In this document: piece after piece, positions 11,771-23,549 of the stretch
Numbering within the stretch: position 1 is the first letter of the stretch
Layout: each line of letters starts with the position of its first letter
Position numbers and translations under genes: made by a program
The notes under the pieces: model-generated
Told to the model about the DNA's origin: nothing
Seen by the model: the letters and a program-made list of their open reading frames with translations, nothing else
Database searches by the model: none
Assembly: GCA_030390025.1 (NCBI GenBank)
Contig: JASTWF010000356.1
Span: 186,001-250,000 of the forward strand
DNA: 64,000 nt
Direction: 5' to 3'
Source: Squalus acanthias
Lineage: Eukaryota

Positions 11771-12614
11771 CGTTATTAGTAGAGCCGCACTGTGTAACTC
11801 AGTGAGGACATTACGTTCCCTGGAGTGGAACGATGAGACTCCGCAGGACGTTGACATCATTCTGGGGAGCGCCTCTCTTTGGGTTGAATTATAATGAGGC
11901 GGCCAAAGCTGCAGCTCGTGTTCTAACTGTGGCCGAACCAAAGCCTCGCCCAAATGCATTATTACTTGTTGCTGTTGCGCTCAATGTCCCTCTCTGTTAT
12001 ACTCGAATCCCTGCTGCTTTTATTATGGATTTACTCTCTGTACCCGTACTGTCAGGGAATTAAATCTTTAAATCCCGAGATCTGGCTGTTCATCCTCGCC
12101 TTTCATTCCATTCAGAACTTCTTCCCATCCCTTGTTATTCTCACCGGAATGTGAGGGTAGATCACCTGTGAACAGCGAGTTACTGACTCAAACTGGTGAC
12201 ATGTTCTCAATGAGTTGGAACAATATGTGTCCAGGAACTAAGACGATGCTCACCAAATATGCTTTAGAAGGACCTGCAAAGGGTCAGCAGAACACCGACT
12301 TTATACCATTTGGAAGACTGATTGAGAGCAGAATATCAATATTGTTGCTCCTCATTGTTTAGTCACGAGAACAACCTTCATTTTTCAACAATACATTTTC
12401 ATTTTCAGTAACTATCCTTAAACAGAGATACCTAACATTACTTTGACAACTCAAGTTCCACCTGCCTCCATCATTAGAGCACTTATCAGCAGACAGGTCA
12501 GGGTTCAATTGGGACAGTAGACAATGGGATCTGATGGGGAGACTGGAGCCTGCAATATTCTGAACAAACATCCACAACATTTACAAATAACTACCATTAA
12601 AAGACTCCTGACTT

Positions 12615-13025
12615 TTGGAAATGTGAGGTCATCCACTTTGAACATAAAAAGGATAAAAGGGGATAGTACTTTCTAAATGGTGGAAAGCTAGAAACAGTGG
12701 AGGGCCAAAGAGACTTGGGGATCTGGTCCATGCACATAGATCAGTAAAACAGAAATAATCTAAAAGGCTAATGGAATGTTGGCCTTTATATCTCGAAGAC
12801 TATAATACAAGGGGGTAGAAGTTAGGCTACAACTGTACAAAGCCCTGGTCAACCCACACTTTAGAAGGATATGTTGGCCTTGGAGAGAGTGCAGAGATTT
12901 ATCAGAATTCAAGGGTTAAATTACGAGGGGAGATTACACACACTGCGTTTGTATTACCTGGAATTTCTAAAGAAAGGGCGGGGTTGTGATTTGATGGAAG
13001 TTTTCAAATATTAAACGGAACGGAC
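12615..13025 (+). mobile_element. Old CR1 3' RT fragment
   Basis: ggaaatgtgaggtcatccacttt, aaggctaatggaatgttggccttt and ctgtacaaagccctggtca encode CR1 KCEVIHF / KANGMLAF / LYKALV motifs, with deletions. Confidence 0.8.
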
Positions 13026-13742
13026 AGCTGAATTACATTGACCAGTTTTCAGCAGAATTAGAAAGGTAACTAATAAGTATTGGCTATAATTGACTGTTTT
13101 TCCAAATTAGATTAAGTAGCAAACATCAGAAATTGAAAATTGGTTTGAGGAAAAAATGATAAGGTAATCTATGATGGAGTAAAAAAGGAGAAAGGTAAAG
13201 AGTCTGTCCCTTTTCTATTCTTAAAATCTGCAAGGTTTTAGTGTAGTGCCTCTGTGAACAGCTTGTGTGAAGGTTTTTGGTGCCATGTGGCTCCGCCCTC
13301 TTTTCCCCTTTTGTGTAAGAGTGTGAAAAGTTGTGTTTCACCGGAAAAAAACTAACTTATTGTTCAGTTATATTCAATATTGTTACAGTCATTTGGAAAG
13401 ACACCTGAAGAAAGAAAAGGAAAGATGTCATTCACTGCTAGCATACGCGATTTATTTTACTTTAATCTGTTCTGTATTGTGTTTAGTCAATAAACTACTG
13501 GTCAGAATTAAATTGGAACTATTGAGGTTTAACTAACCTATTAAATGGTGAAAGCCCGATTTTCATTGTGGCCACAGTGAAATGCTGGTTATTTTAAATT
13601 GTGTGACGGTCTCAATCCCGAACATGAGCCTTTCACATTGAGAAAAAAACCAAAAGACACTCTATAGTGGAATAGATTTGCTTCACAGAATGTTGAAAGT
13701 TCATAGTGATGTTGATCACGATTTTTGCTGGTAAAAAATAAA

Positions 13743-13835
13743 AAGATGGCGTTTGGTTGTTTGGGAAAGTTTGCTTAAATTTACGTGAAGTGACGTAATG
13801 ACGTCAGACAACGTTTCGCTCCGCCTTCTTAAAAA
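13743..13835 (+). promoter_or_regulatory. Promoter-like motif cluster (YY1, tandem CRE/ATF sites, GC box, TATA-like)
   Basis: AAGATGGCG at 13743-13751; TGACGTAA at 13791-13798 immediately followed by TGACGTCA at 13799-13806; CTCCGCC at ~13819; CTTAAAA at ~13828. Confidence 0.4.
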
Positions 13836-14807
13836 CCTACAAAGAAGTTAAACCTTTCTGCTGTCTGCCGCTTTCTTAAATCATCAAGGAACCACTTTTC
13901 TATTGCTGGATTTAAATATGTTCCCACGGTGACAGAAGGAACTTATGAATTATCAGGTTAACCGCTTGGGGTCTTCAGCAGAGCCACAATGGAAACTCTC
14001 TTTCTTTTGTCCGTTAAACAGGGGTCCACGGTTTCTCGGACCGTATAGAGGTTGATGGAGATCCGGTAGTTCCAAGAATTTATCTGCAGACATCGAATGT
14101 CGCAGCGTGGTGACAAAATTGGACTGAGGATTTTAACCTATTGGGTTGAGTTCAAACTATGTATTCTGAAAGAAGTTTTTGGGGGGAGACTTTTGTGTTA
14201 AAAGTAACTGACACCCCTCATCTTGTAGAGTGAATTGCTCTCTGGCAAATTTTGGGGAATAACATTTCCAAGAAGAAATTCGATTAAATAAAATTAAACA
14301 AACAAAATGGGTTAGAACTTGGACCAAGTGAGAATGTTTGATCGATGCTTGAAAGATATTATGATAATACTGTATTGGACAGTAAACTTCATCCGGGGTG
14401 AATGAATGAAATGGTGAATTCTGTATAACATTAAATTATAGGAACTAAGTGAGGAAATAAGAGGTAAACAGGAAAACTACACAACCAGCATTTGATGATC
14501 TCTAAAATCATTTTTCTTAGATGAATTGGCATAAATCACCTGGGTGCTATCTGATATTAATGTAAATTAGTGTGAAAGTCAGGGAGTGTAGTAATTTGTT
14601 AAGTTTTCGCTTGGAGATGTTTGTGTCATTGTCCATACTGAACAATAAGGAAACTGAATTTGATAGCAAGGCCACTATCCGAGATATCGGGAGCAGGCAG
14701 AGGGAGATGAGCAAAGATCTCCAGGCATTTCAAAATCTTTTCTCAAGATCACCTGAAAGCCCGAGAATGGCTTGGTACAGATGTCAGATCTGGTATGTTA
14801 TATATAT

Positions 14808-16390
14808 TTTTTATTCGTTTATGGGATGTGGGCATCGCTGACAAGGTCAACATTTATTGCCCATCCCTAGCTGCCCTTGACAAGCTGGTGGTGAGCCGCC
14901 TTCTTGAACCGCAGGAGTCCGTGTGGTGAAGGAACTCCCTCAGAGCTGTTAGGGAGGAATTTCCAGGATTTTGAACCAGCGACGATGAAGGATTGGCGAT
15001 ATACTTCCAATAAGGATGGTGTGTGACTTGGAGGGGTACTTGGAGGTGTTGGTGTTCCCATGCGCCTGCTGCCCTTGCTTTCTAGGTGGAAGAGGTTGCG
15101 GGTTGGGAAGTGCTGACGAAGAAGCCTTGGCGAGTTGCTGCAATGCATTTTGTAGATGGTACAAACTGCAGCCACGGTACGCCGGTGGTGGAGGGAGTGA
15201 ATGTTTAAGGTGATGGATGGGGTGCCCATCAAGCGGGCTGCTTTGTCCTGGATGGTGTCGAGTTTCTTGAGTGTTGTTGGAGCTGAAATCATTCAGGTAG
15301 GTGGAGAGTATTCTATCACACTCCATACTTGTGCCTTGTAGATGGTGGAAAGGCTTTGGGGAGTCAGGAGGCGAGACACTCGCCGCAGAATACCTAGCCT
15401 CTGACCTGCTCTTGTTGCCACACTATTTATGTGGCTGCTCCAATTAGGTTTCTGATCAATGGTGACCCCCAGGATGTTGATGGTGGGAGATTCTGCGATG
15501 GTAATGCCGTTGAATGTCATGGGGAAGTTTTTAGACTCTCGCTTCTTGGAGGTAGTCATTGCCTGGCACTTCCGTGGCGCGAATGTTACCTGCCACTTAT
15601 CAGCCCAAGCCTGAACGTCATCCAGGTCTTGTTGCTTGTGGGTACGGACTGCTTCATTATCTGAAGAGTTGTGAATGGCGCTGAACAATGTGCAGTCATC
15701 AGCGAACATCCCCATTTCTGACCTTATGTTGGAGAGAAGGTCATTGAAGAAGCAGCTAAAAATGGTTGGGCCTAGGACACTGCCCTGAGGAACTCCTGCA
15801 GCGATGTCCTGGGGCTGTGATGATTGACTTTCAACCACCACAACCATCTTCCTTTGTGCTAGGTATGACTCCAGTCAGTGGAGCGTTACCCCCCGATTCC
15901 CATTGACTTCAATTTTACTAGGCTCCTTGATGTCACACTTGGTCATATGCTGCCTTGATGTCAAGGGCAGTCACTCTCACCTCACCTCTGGAATTCAGCT
16001 CCTTTGTCCATATTTGGAACAAGGCTGTAATGAGGTTGGGAGCTGAGTGGTCTTTGCGGAACCCAAACTGGGAATCAATGAGCAGGTTTTTGGTGGGTAA
16101 ATGCACTTGATAGCTCTGTCAATGACACCTTCCATCACTTTGCTGATAATTGAGGGTAGACTGATGGGGCGGTGATTGGCCGGTTGGATGTGTCCTGCTT
16201 TTTGTGGACAGGACATGCCTGGGCTGTTTCCATATTGTGGGATAGATGCCAGAGTTGCAGCTGTATTGGAACAGCTTGGCTGGAGGCGCGGCTAGTTCTG
16301 GAGCACAAGTATTCAGCACGATAGCCGGGATGTTGTCGGGGCCCATAGCCTTTGCTGTATCCAGTGCGCTCAGCCGTTTCTTGATTTCAC
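14808..16390 (-). mobile_element. LINE family B (CR1/L2 group), 5'-truncated RT with 3' tail
   Basis: ORFs MGPDNIPAIVLNTCAPELAAP, PANHRPISLPSIISKVMEGVI, AGVPQGSVLGPTIFSCFFNDL..MFADDCTL and LLRFKKAAHHQLVKG. The 3' UTR ..gatgcccacatcccataaacgaataaaaaa lies at ~14808. Confidence 0.93.
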
Positions 16391-16499
16391 GACATTCGAA
16401 CGAGTCTCACACATGCTCAGTTATCGACAACTGCACAACATGAAATGGCTAATGCGGCTCAGGAGAGTGAGACAAATTCTAACTTTTAAAAAAACATTC

Positions 16500-16702
16500 A
16501 CGGATTGTGGTTGACTCTTAAATGCCCTCTGAAATGCCCTAGCAAGTCGATCAGTTTTCAAGCAGAGTTGTTCAAGGTCTGGAGTCACATGTAGGCCAGA
16601 CCGGTTAAGAACAGACAATTTACTTCTCTAAAGAACATTAGTGAAGCTGATGGTTCTTTACGACAATCTGGTAGTTTCATTGTCACCATTACTGATACTA
16701 GC
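16500..16702 (-). mobile_element. Fragment of the same tRNA-headed SINE-like body
   Basis: ggtctggagtcacatgtaggccagaccgg..aaagaacattagtgaa..cgacaatctggtagtttcat..cattactgatactagc matches 11525-11652. Confidence 0.8.
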
Positions 16703-17369
16703 CAGGACTCATTCTCCACAGAGAAACCAAATTTGAAATAATCAGAATAGAGTTAAACACATTACTTAAAATTAGAAGTAAAGCGAATGCTGATCAAATT
16801 AATATTTCCTTACATCTGTAATGGTCGTCAATTGCAAGACCTCCACTAAGTACTGAAGAAAGAAAGCTTATAGGTAGATTAAATAAGAAAAAGATATCAC
16901 GGAGGCCGAGGCCTGTCTCTCTGGACAAGGGTGGGGGGAGGGGGGGCATGTTTGTATGCAAATCAGCTACAAGCTGAAGGTGGGAGAAAAGTTTCCACAA
17001 CAACACATAGATCCAAGAGAGAGGCGACCTCCACGAGGAAGCAGAGGACCTCAAAAGGTTGTAGTTTGGAATCCGTGCTAAACCCAGGTACAGCCTCTCA
17101 GAAGCATAATTTCGATGGTACTAGAGAAATAACCTTAAGGCTGGCTCCTTGGGAAGATTGGGAGTCCCGTATGCGGGAGACCAGGAAGACTCCCCTGAAC
17201 CAAGTTGGATGGGACACTTCCTGACCCAAACACTGAATTGGTCACGGAATTAATAGGGTTCAGTTTAAGAGTTAGTATCACACTAGGGCAAAAAGTGATT
17301 CAAGAACAGTGCAAAGGACTTCAATATAAACTTTAAAGGTAATGGCAGCCGGTTATAATTTAAATTAAG

Positions 17370-19005
17370 AAATGTCTTATGTTGATAAGTAATGTTAACT
17401 ATTGGTTTGCCAGTTACAAACGCTGATGATGATCTTTATCACACTAAAATATATGTGGGACTAAAAAAAAGAAATTCCACCTCGCAGATAAAACTCTACC
17501 TGTCCGATCCAGGAAAAGGACCGAAATGTTACTGGACTACAAGAAATTGAATCATGAAATGTATTAAACAACGTTGTGCGTTTTGAAATTGTTAATTGAA
17601 ATCGAAAGTGTTAAACAAGAGCTTGAATCTGTCAACTAAATTATGTGAAGGGAGATATTGACAATTAATAGACAAGATGATAGGAGAATTATTAAAAGGA
17701 TGTGTCAGTAAAGAATAGAGAACAGGAACCATGGGCTGAGTAAGATAGGGAACATAAGGAGAATCAGTTTAAATCACAAATATAGCGAGAGCTGACAGGA
17801 GAGCTGGGAATAGGAGCCACGGCAAGATCAACAGGAATGAACAGAATAGATATAGAAAGTGTGTGGGAACACGATGAGGTAATGAAGAGGCGATTAAAAA
17901 GATTGTGGGCAAACAATGAGGTTGACCAGAATCAAGGCCTTGCTAGAGGTATCGTGTGTAGGCTCTGTGTGACATTTGTGATGAACGTGTTACAGAAGGG
18001 ACTGGAGAATATAGAGGGTAATCAAATCACTTTGTTTATTCATGAGAACAACGGAAAAAATGGTTTAAAGGAACCACGACATAGACTATGATGTCATACA
18101 GCAAATGGGAATGACGTTTTTGTCCCCTAGGATGGGAAATAAATGAAGATATTATGCCAGTGCGATTGATCTTGCCTTTGTTAAGGAAAAATGTAAATGA
18201 TACAAAACATTGGAAGGTGTATAGGGTAGAATCGAATGGAATGGTGGAAGGCTCAGGGTTAGGTCCGATCCATAAACAGTATGAGGAATATCCAAGTTAT
18301 CTGATTAAGAAGGGAGGAAGTTGGATTGCACCATATGTGCAATGTTGTACTCTGAAAGGGACAGCATGGGTTTGTAGATGTGATGTAGTCCGTCAGCATA
18401 CTGTTCCACCTTATGGGTTCACCCTCGACAAAGAATCACCAAAATGCCAGATTGGAATAAATAAATCGGGCGAAGACCAAACTGAAAATGGTGCATAAAG
18501 GAAAATTATTATATTGTGTGACTACTACGGCCACTTATATTACAGTGGGTTGGAGCAAATGCCCTAAACTAGACATCAGTTTTGTTTGATTCCAACGAGA
18601 AATACGCATATTGGAGCTAAAATGTTGGTGCCGATACAACATCATAAAGTTAGTAATCGACAGGTGCAACTGCCTCTGGAGGATGATGCCATTCGAACCA
18701 TTCCTCAATTTGGACACTGCATACCTCCCCTGTCTCTGGCTTTAAAGGCCATAATTGAATGAACTAGAATGTCCCATAAACACATACTGCAAATGATACA
18801 GACAAATAGAGAGACAGAACAGGCAATCTCGAGCCTTGGGAATCATGAAAGGTGGGAAGTAATATCTAGCGTGGAACTACCACCTTGGGCTAGATTATTA
18901 TAGATGGGATTGGTGATAGCACAGATAAAAGTTTTAGGGATTCTAGTCATTGAGTTCTGCTGTGTAAGGAAATTGGTAAAGGACATAGAAAATAATGAAA
19001 GGTAA
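17370..19005 (+). pseudogene. env-like class I viral fusion glycoprotein pseudogene (F-type)
   Basis: Conceptual pieces in order: signal-like VMLTIGLPVTNA; cleavage site plus fusion peptide QI*R/ELTGELGIGATARSTGMNRIDIESV (~17780-17865); helical region; Cys-rich YRVESNGMV..YPSYLIKKGGSWIAPYVQCCTLKGTAWVCRCD; GNYLYCVTTTATY; HR2-like LSLALKAIIE*..ILQMIQTNRETEQAISSL; TM WARLL*MGLVIAQIKVLGILVIEFCC; short tail ending TAA at 19003-19005. Confidence 0.7.
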
Positions 19006-19044
19006 GGAGATAGCAAGGGCACTAAGAGGAAGCCAGGATTAGTA

Positions 19045-22000
19045 AACATAGAAACATAGAAGAAACATAGAAGATAGGAGCAGGAGTAGGCCATTCGGAC
19101 CCTCGAGCCTGCTCCGCCATTCGATGAGATCATGGCTAATCATCCAAACTCAGTACCGTGTGCCTGCCTTCTCCCCATATCCCTTGATCCCTTTAGCTTT
19201 AAGAAATATATCTAACTCATTCTTGAATATATTTAATGACTTGGCCTCAACTACCTTCTGTGGAAAAGAATTCCACAGGTTCACCACTCTCTGGGTGAAG
19301 AAATTCTTCTTCATTTCTGTCCTAAATGCCTTACCCCTTATCCTTATCTTATGACCCTGGTTCTGGACTCTACGACCACCGGGAACATTCTTCCTGCATC
19401 TAGTTTTTCCAGACCTGTCAGAATTTGATATGTTTCTATGAGATCCCCTCTCATTCTTCTATACTCCAGCGAGTATAAGCCCAATCGACCCAATCTCTCC
19501 TCATATGTCATTCCTGCCATCTCAGGTATCAGCCTTATGAAACTTCGCTGAACTCCTTCCATGGCAATAACATCCTTCCTCAGATAAGGCGACCAAAACT
19601 GCACACAGCACTCAAGGTGTGATCTCACCAAGGCCCTGTACAACTGCAGCAGGACATCCCTGTTCCTATACCCTTTCGCTATGAAGGCCAACATACCATT
19701 TGCCTTCTTCACCGCCTGCTGCACGTGCATGCTTACCTACAGCGACTGGTGCACAAGGACACCCAGGTCTCGTTGCACTTCCCGTTCTGCCAATCTATTG
19801 CCATTCAGATAATAGTCTGCCTTTCTGTTTTTGACACCAAAGTGGATAACCTCGCATTTATCCACGTTATATTGCATCTGCCACACTTCTGCCCACTCAC
19901 CCAACCTGTCCAAGTCATCCTGGAGTTTCTCAGTCTGCTCCTCGCAACAACCCGCTGACCCAACTTTGTGTCATTTGCAAACTTGGAGATATTACATTTA
20001 GTTCCCTTATCTAGATTATTAATGTATATTGTGAATAGCTGGGGTCCAAGGACCGATCCCTGCGGTACCCCACTAGTCACTGCCTGCCACACGGAGAAAG
20101 ACCCATTAATTCCTACTCTCTGCTTTCTGTCCGCCAACCAGTTCTCTATCCAAGTCAATACCTTGCCCCCAATCCCATGTGCCTTACCTTTGCAGGCTAA
20201 TCTCTTATGCGGGACCTTATCGAAAGCCTTTTTAAAGTCCAAATATACCACATCTACTGGTTATCCCTTATCTATTTTCCCAGTTACATCCTCAAAAAAT
20301 TCCAGTAGTTTAGTCAAGCACGATTTATCTTTTGTAAATCCATGTTGTCTTTGTCCGATCCTGTCACTGCTTTCGAGTGCTCAGCTATTACATACTTTAT
20401 AATAGACTCTAGCATTTTCCCCACTACCGATGTCAGCCGTACTGTTCTGTATTTCCCCGCTTTCTCTCTACCACACTTTTTGAATAGGGGTAACATTAGC
20501 TACACTCCAATCCATGGGTACAGTTCCAGATTTCACCGAATGTTGGAAGATGATCAGCAATGCATCTACTATTTCTGGGGCCACTTCCTTAAATACCCTA
20601 GGATGTAGATTAACAGGCCCTGGGGATTTATCGGCCTTCAATCCCGTCGATTTCCCTAACACCATTTCCATGCAAATACTGATTTCTTTCAGTTCCTCCC
20701 TTTCATCAGACCCTATATTCTCCAACATCTTTAGGAGTTAATTTGTGTCCTCCTTTGTGAAGACAGAATCAAAATATGCATTTAATTCATCTATCATTTC
20801 TTTGTTGCCCTTTATAACTTCTCCCGCTTCTGACTGCAAGGGACCTACACTTGATTTCACTCATCTTTTTCTCTTCACATATCTATAAAATCTCTTACAG
20901 TCAGTTTTTATGTTCCGTGCAAGCTTACTTTCATATTCTATTTTCCGCTACTTAATTAATCCCTTTGTTCTCCTTTGTTGAATCCTAAACTGCTCCCAAT
21001 CCTCAGGGTTGCCGCTTTTTCTGGCCAATTTATATGCCCTCTCCTTGGATCTTATGCTATCCCTAATTTCCCTTGTTAGCCACGGTTGAGTCACAATTTT
21101 TGTTTTATTCTTATGCCACACTGGGATGAACAAATTCTGTAGTTCATCCATGCAGTCTTTGAATGTTTGCCATTGCCTATCCACCGTCAACCCATTGAGT
21201 GACATTCCCCAATCAATCCTACACAAATCGCGCGTCATACCATCGAAGTTTCCTTTATTTAAATTCAGGACCCTAGTCTCTGATTTAACTACTTCACTCT
21301 CCATCCTAATAAGGAATTCTATCATATTATGATCACTCTGACCCAAGGGGCCTCGTACAACAAGATTTCTAATTAATCCTTTCTCGTTGCATAATACCCA
21401 GTCTAAGATGGCCTGATCTCTGGTTGTTTCCTCGACATAGTGTTCCAGAAAACCATCCCGTAAACATTCAAGGAATTGCTCCTCCACAGTATTTTTACTA
21501 ATTTGGTTAGCCTAATCTATATGTAAATTAAAGTCACCCATGATGACTGCTTTGCCCTTACTGCATGCTTCTCTAATTTCCCTTTTAACGCCGTCTCCAA
21601 CCTCCGTATTACTGTTTGGAGGTCTATATACCACTCCCCCTAACGTTTTCTGCCCCTCGTTATTTCTCAGTTCTACCACTACAGATTCTGCATCATCAGA
21701 GCTAATATCCTTCCTTTCAATTGTGTTAATGCCCTCTTTGACCAGCAATGCGACCCCAACCCCTTTCTTTTTTGCCTATCTTTCCTAAATATTGAATAAC
21801 CCTGGATGTTGAGTTCCCAGCCTTGGCCACCCTGGAGCCATGTTTCTATAATCCCAATCAAATCGTATTAATTTACCTCTATTTGCGCAGCTAATTCATC
21901 CACCTTGTTCCGAATGCTCCTTGCATTAAGACACAAAGCCTTCCAGCTTGTTTTTTTAACGCTCTCAGACCTGTATGAATTATTATTTACTGTGACCATA

Positions 22001-22168
22001 TTTGATTTAAACAGTTGAGTTCTTTGCCTTCTACTTTTGTTTTTCTCCTTCCTGTCTTTTGGTTTTATCCTTGTTTCCCTTTCCTCTGTCTCCCTGCTCA
22101 GGTTCCCAAACCCCTGCCATTTTAGTTTAAACCCTTCCCAACAGCACTAGCAAACACTCCCCCAAGAC
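19045..22168 (-). mobile_element. CR1 LINE, near-complete ORF2 (endonuclease + RT), decayed
   Basis: IGIIETWLQGGQGWELNIQGYSIFRKDR, VVYRPPNS..IMGDFN, DQAILDWVLCNE..SDHNMIEF, YLDFKKAFDKVPH..GVPQGSVLGP, and an (aaacatag)n tail at 19045-19075. Confidence 0.96.
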
Positions 22169-22589
22169 AAAGAATTATATAAAACACTTTGCCAAGAGGT
22201 AAATTAACACATTAAAAAGTGGGACATGGACATATGGACCCCGGTTAATTCAGCTTCTGAAAGGAACTCGTGTTCAATTAATTTGACAGAGGGAAAATGC
22301 ATTTTGTATCATTAGAGAGAGAGAGAGAGAGAGACAAAGAGACAGAGACAGATTTCACTTAGCAACAGCTGGTGTTTTGCGACCAACCAGCCTTCGGTAT
22401 ACATAATAGAATGTTTAGTTTAGAAATATTATGTTAGGATAAGAAATTCCAGAACGAGTGATTTATGCTCACCATAGCAAGGCCAGGATGTTTTTCTTTG
22501 TGTTATTGATGTAGACTTGTGTCTCTGGACTATACAGTAGACAGAAACGTCCATATTAGGCAATGTCTGCAGAGGTTTGATAAGAAAAC

Positions 22590-22830
22590 ATTTCATAAAT
22601 GTAAGACCCACACCAAGGGCTTGAGTACATAATCGGAAATGACTGAGTGAGTGCTGCATTGTCGAATATATCGTCTTTCGAATGAAAAACGCAATCCACG
22701 TCCTGTCTGCCTCTACAGGTGGAAGGGAAATAACCCACGGCTCTACAGAATGAAGAGAAGAGGACTCCTCTCAGTGTCTTGGTCCACATTTAGATATCTT
22801 AAAAATGTAATACCAGATTATACTCGCTGT
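22590..22830 (+). mobile_element. Highly degraded Deu-SINE-like element
   Basis: actgagtgagtgctgcattgtc..gtctttcgaatga..cctgtctgcctctacaggtgga..aacccacggc..gaagagaagaggactcctctcagtgtcttggtccacattta resembles the Deu-domain body as I recall it; not aligned. Confidence 0.55.
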
Positions 22831-23072
22831 AAATTTCTTTAAGTATCCACGACTTTCTAATTTTCCCCAGCACCCCCACAGGTCAGTATCTGTCCCGGAT
22901 ATTCAGAATCCCGCCCGCCCGATTGGTTCCCAGGTAGACATGTACAGGTCCTTGGAGCACAAGCACTGGACTTAACATCACTGATCTCAGGTTATACCTG
23001 GAGATTTGCGTGGGTTTGAGTGCTGCACAGCCGGGACCACGGAATCCCCTCTCCCGTGTATAATACCGATAG

Positions 23073-23525
23073 CTGGTTCACGGTATCATAGTGGTTATGT
23101 TAATGGACTAGCAATCCAGAGACCGACACTAATGATCCGTAGATATGAGATCAAATCCCAACACGACAGCGGGGGAATTTAAATTGAGTTATTTAAATAA
23201 ATCTGGAATATACTGTAACTACCGGATTGTCATAAAAGTCCATTTGGTTCAGTAATGTTCTTTAGGGAAGGAAATCTGCCGTCCTTACCCGGTCTGCTAT
23301 ATATGACTCCAGACCCACAGCAATGTGGTTGACTCTCAACTCCCCTCTGAAATGGCTAAGCAAGTCACTCAGTTGTACCAAACTGATACAAAGAAGTATA
23401 TTGTGGGAGTACCTTCACAACACGGACTGCAGCAGTTTAAGAAGGCGGCTCACCACAAACTTCTGAAGGGCGATTAGAGATGGGCAATAGATGGTGGCCT
23501 TGCCAGCGATGCCCACATCGCAGGG
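23073..23525 (+). mobile_element. Complete tRNA-headed non-autonomous retroelement with LINE family B 3' tail
   Basis: A box tagtggttatg, B box gagatcaaatccc, body gggaaggaaatctgccgtccttacc. The tail ccttcacaacacggactgcagcagtttaagaaggcggctcaccac..gcgatgcccacatc matches the LINE 3' end at 14820-14950. Confidence 0.88.
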
Positions 23526-23549
23526 AAGTGGACAAAATAACAATTACAG

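Larger units (their letters stand above)
13130..19040 (+). mobile_element. Degraded endogenous retrovirus/LTR-retroelement-like sequence (LTR-like region, gag-like remnants, env pseudogene), interrupted by LINE/SINE insertions
   Basis: AATAAA at ~13489 with a CA end at ~13565, and a promoter motif cluster at 13743-13835. A (M>L)GNNISKKK myristoylation-like start lies at 14252. Purine-rich decayed coding sequence at 14250-14790 and 16705-17330 precedes the env-like frame at 17370-19005. Boundaries are approximate. Confidence 0.55.

Noticed and set aside
13560..22430. Primer-binding site at ~13568 and PPT/3' LTR at ~22214
   Set aside because: TGGCCACAGTG does not match a tRNA 3' end I can identify, and the sequence after aaaaagtggga shows no visible similarity to 13130-13565.
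23073..23170. tRNA gene (also 11700-11770)
   Set aside because: The A/B boxes belong to SINE-like heads; there is no cloverleaf, and retroelement body follows.
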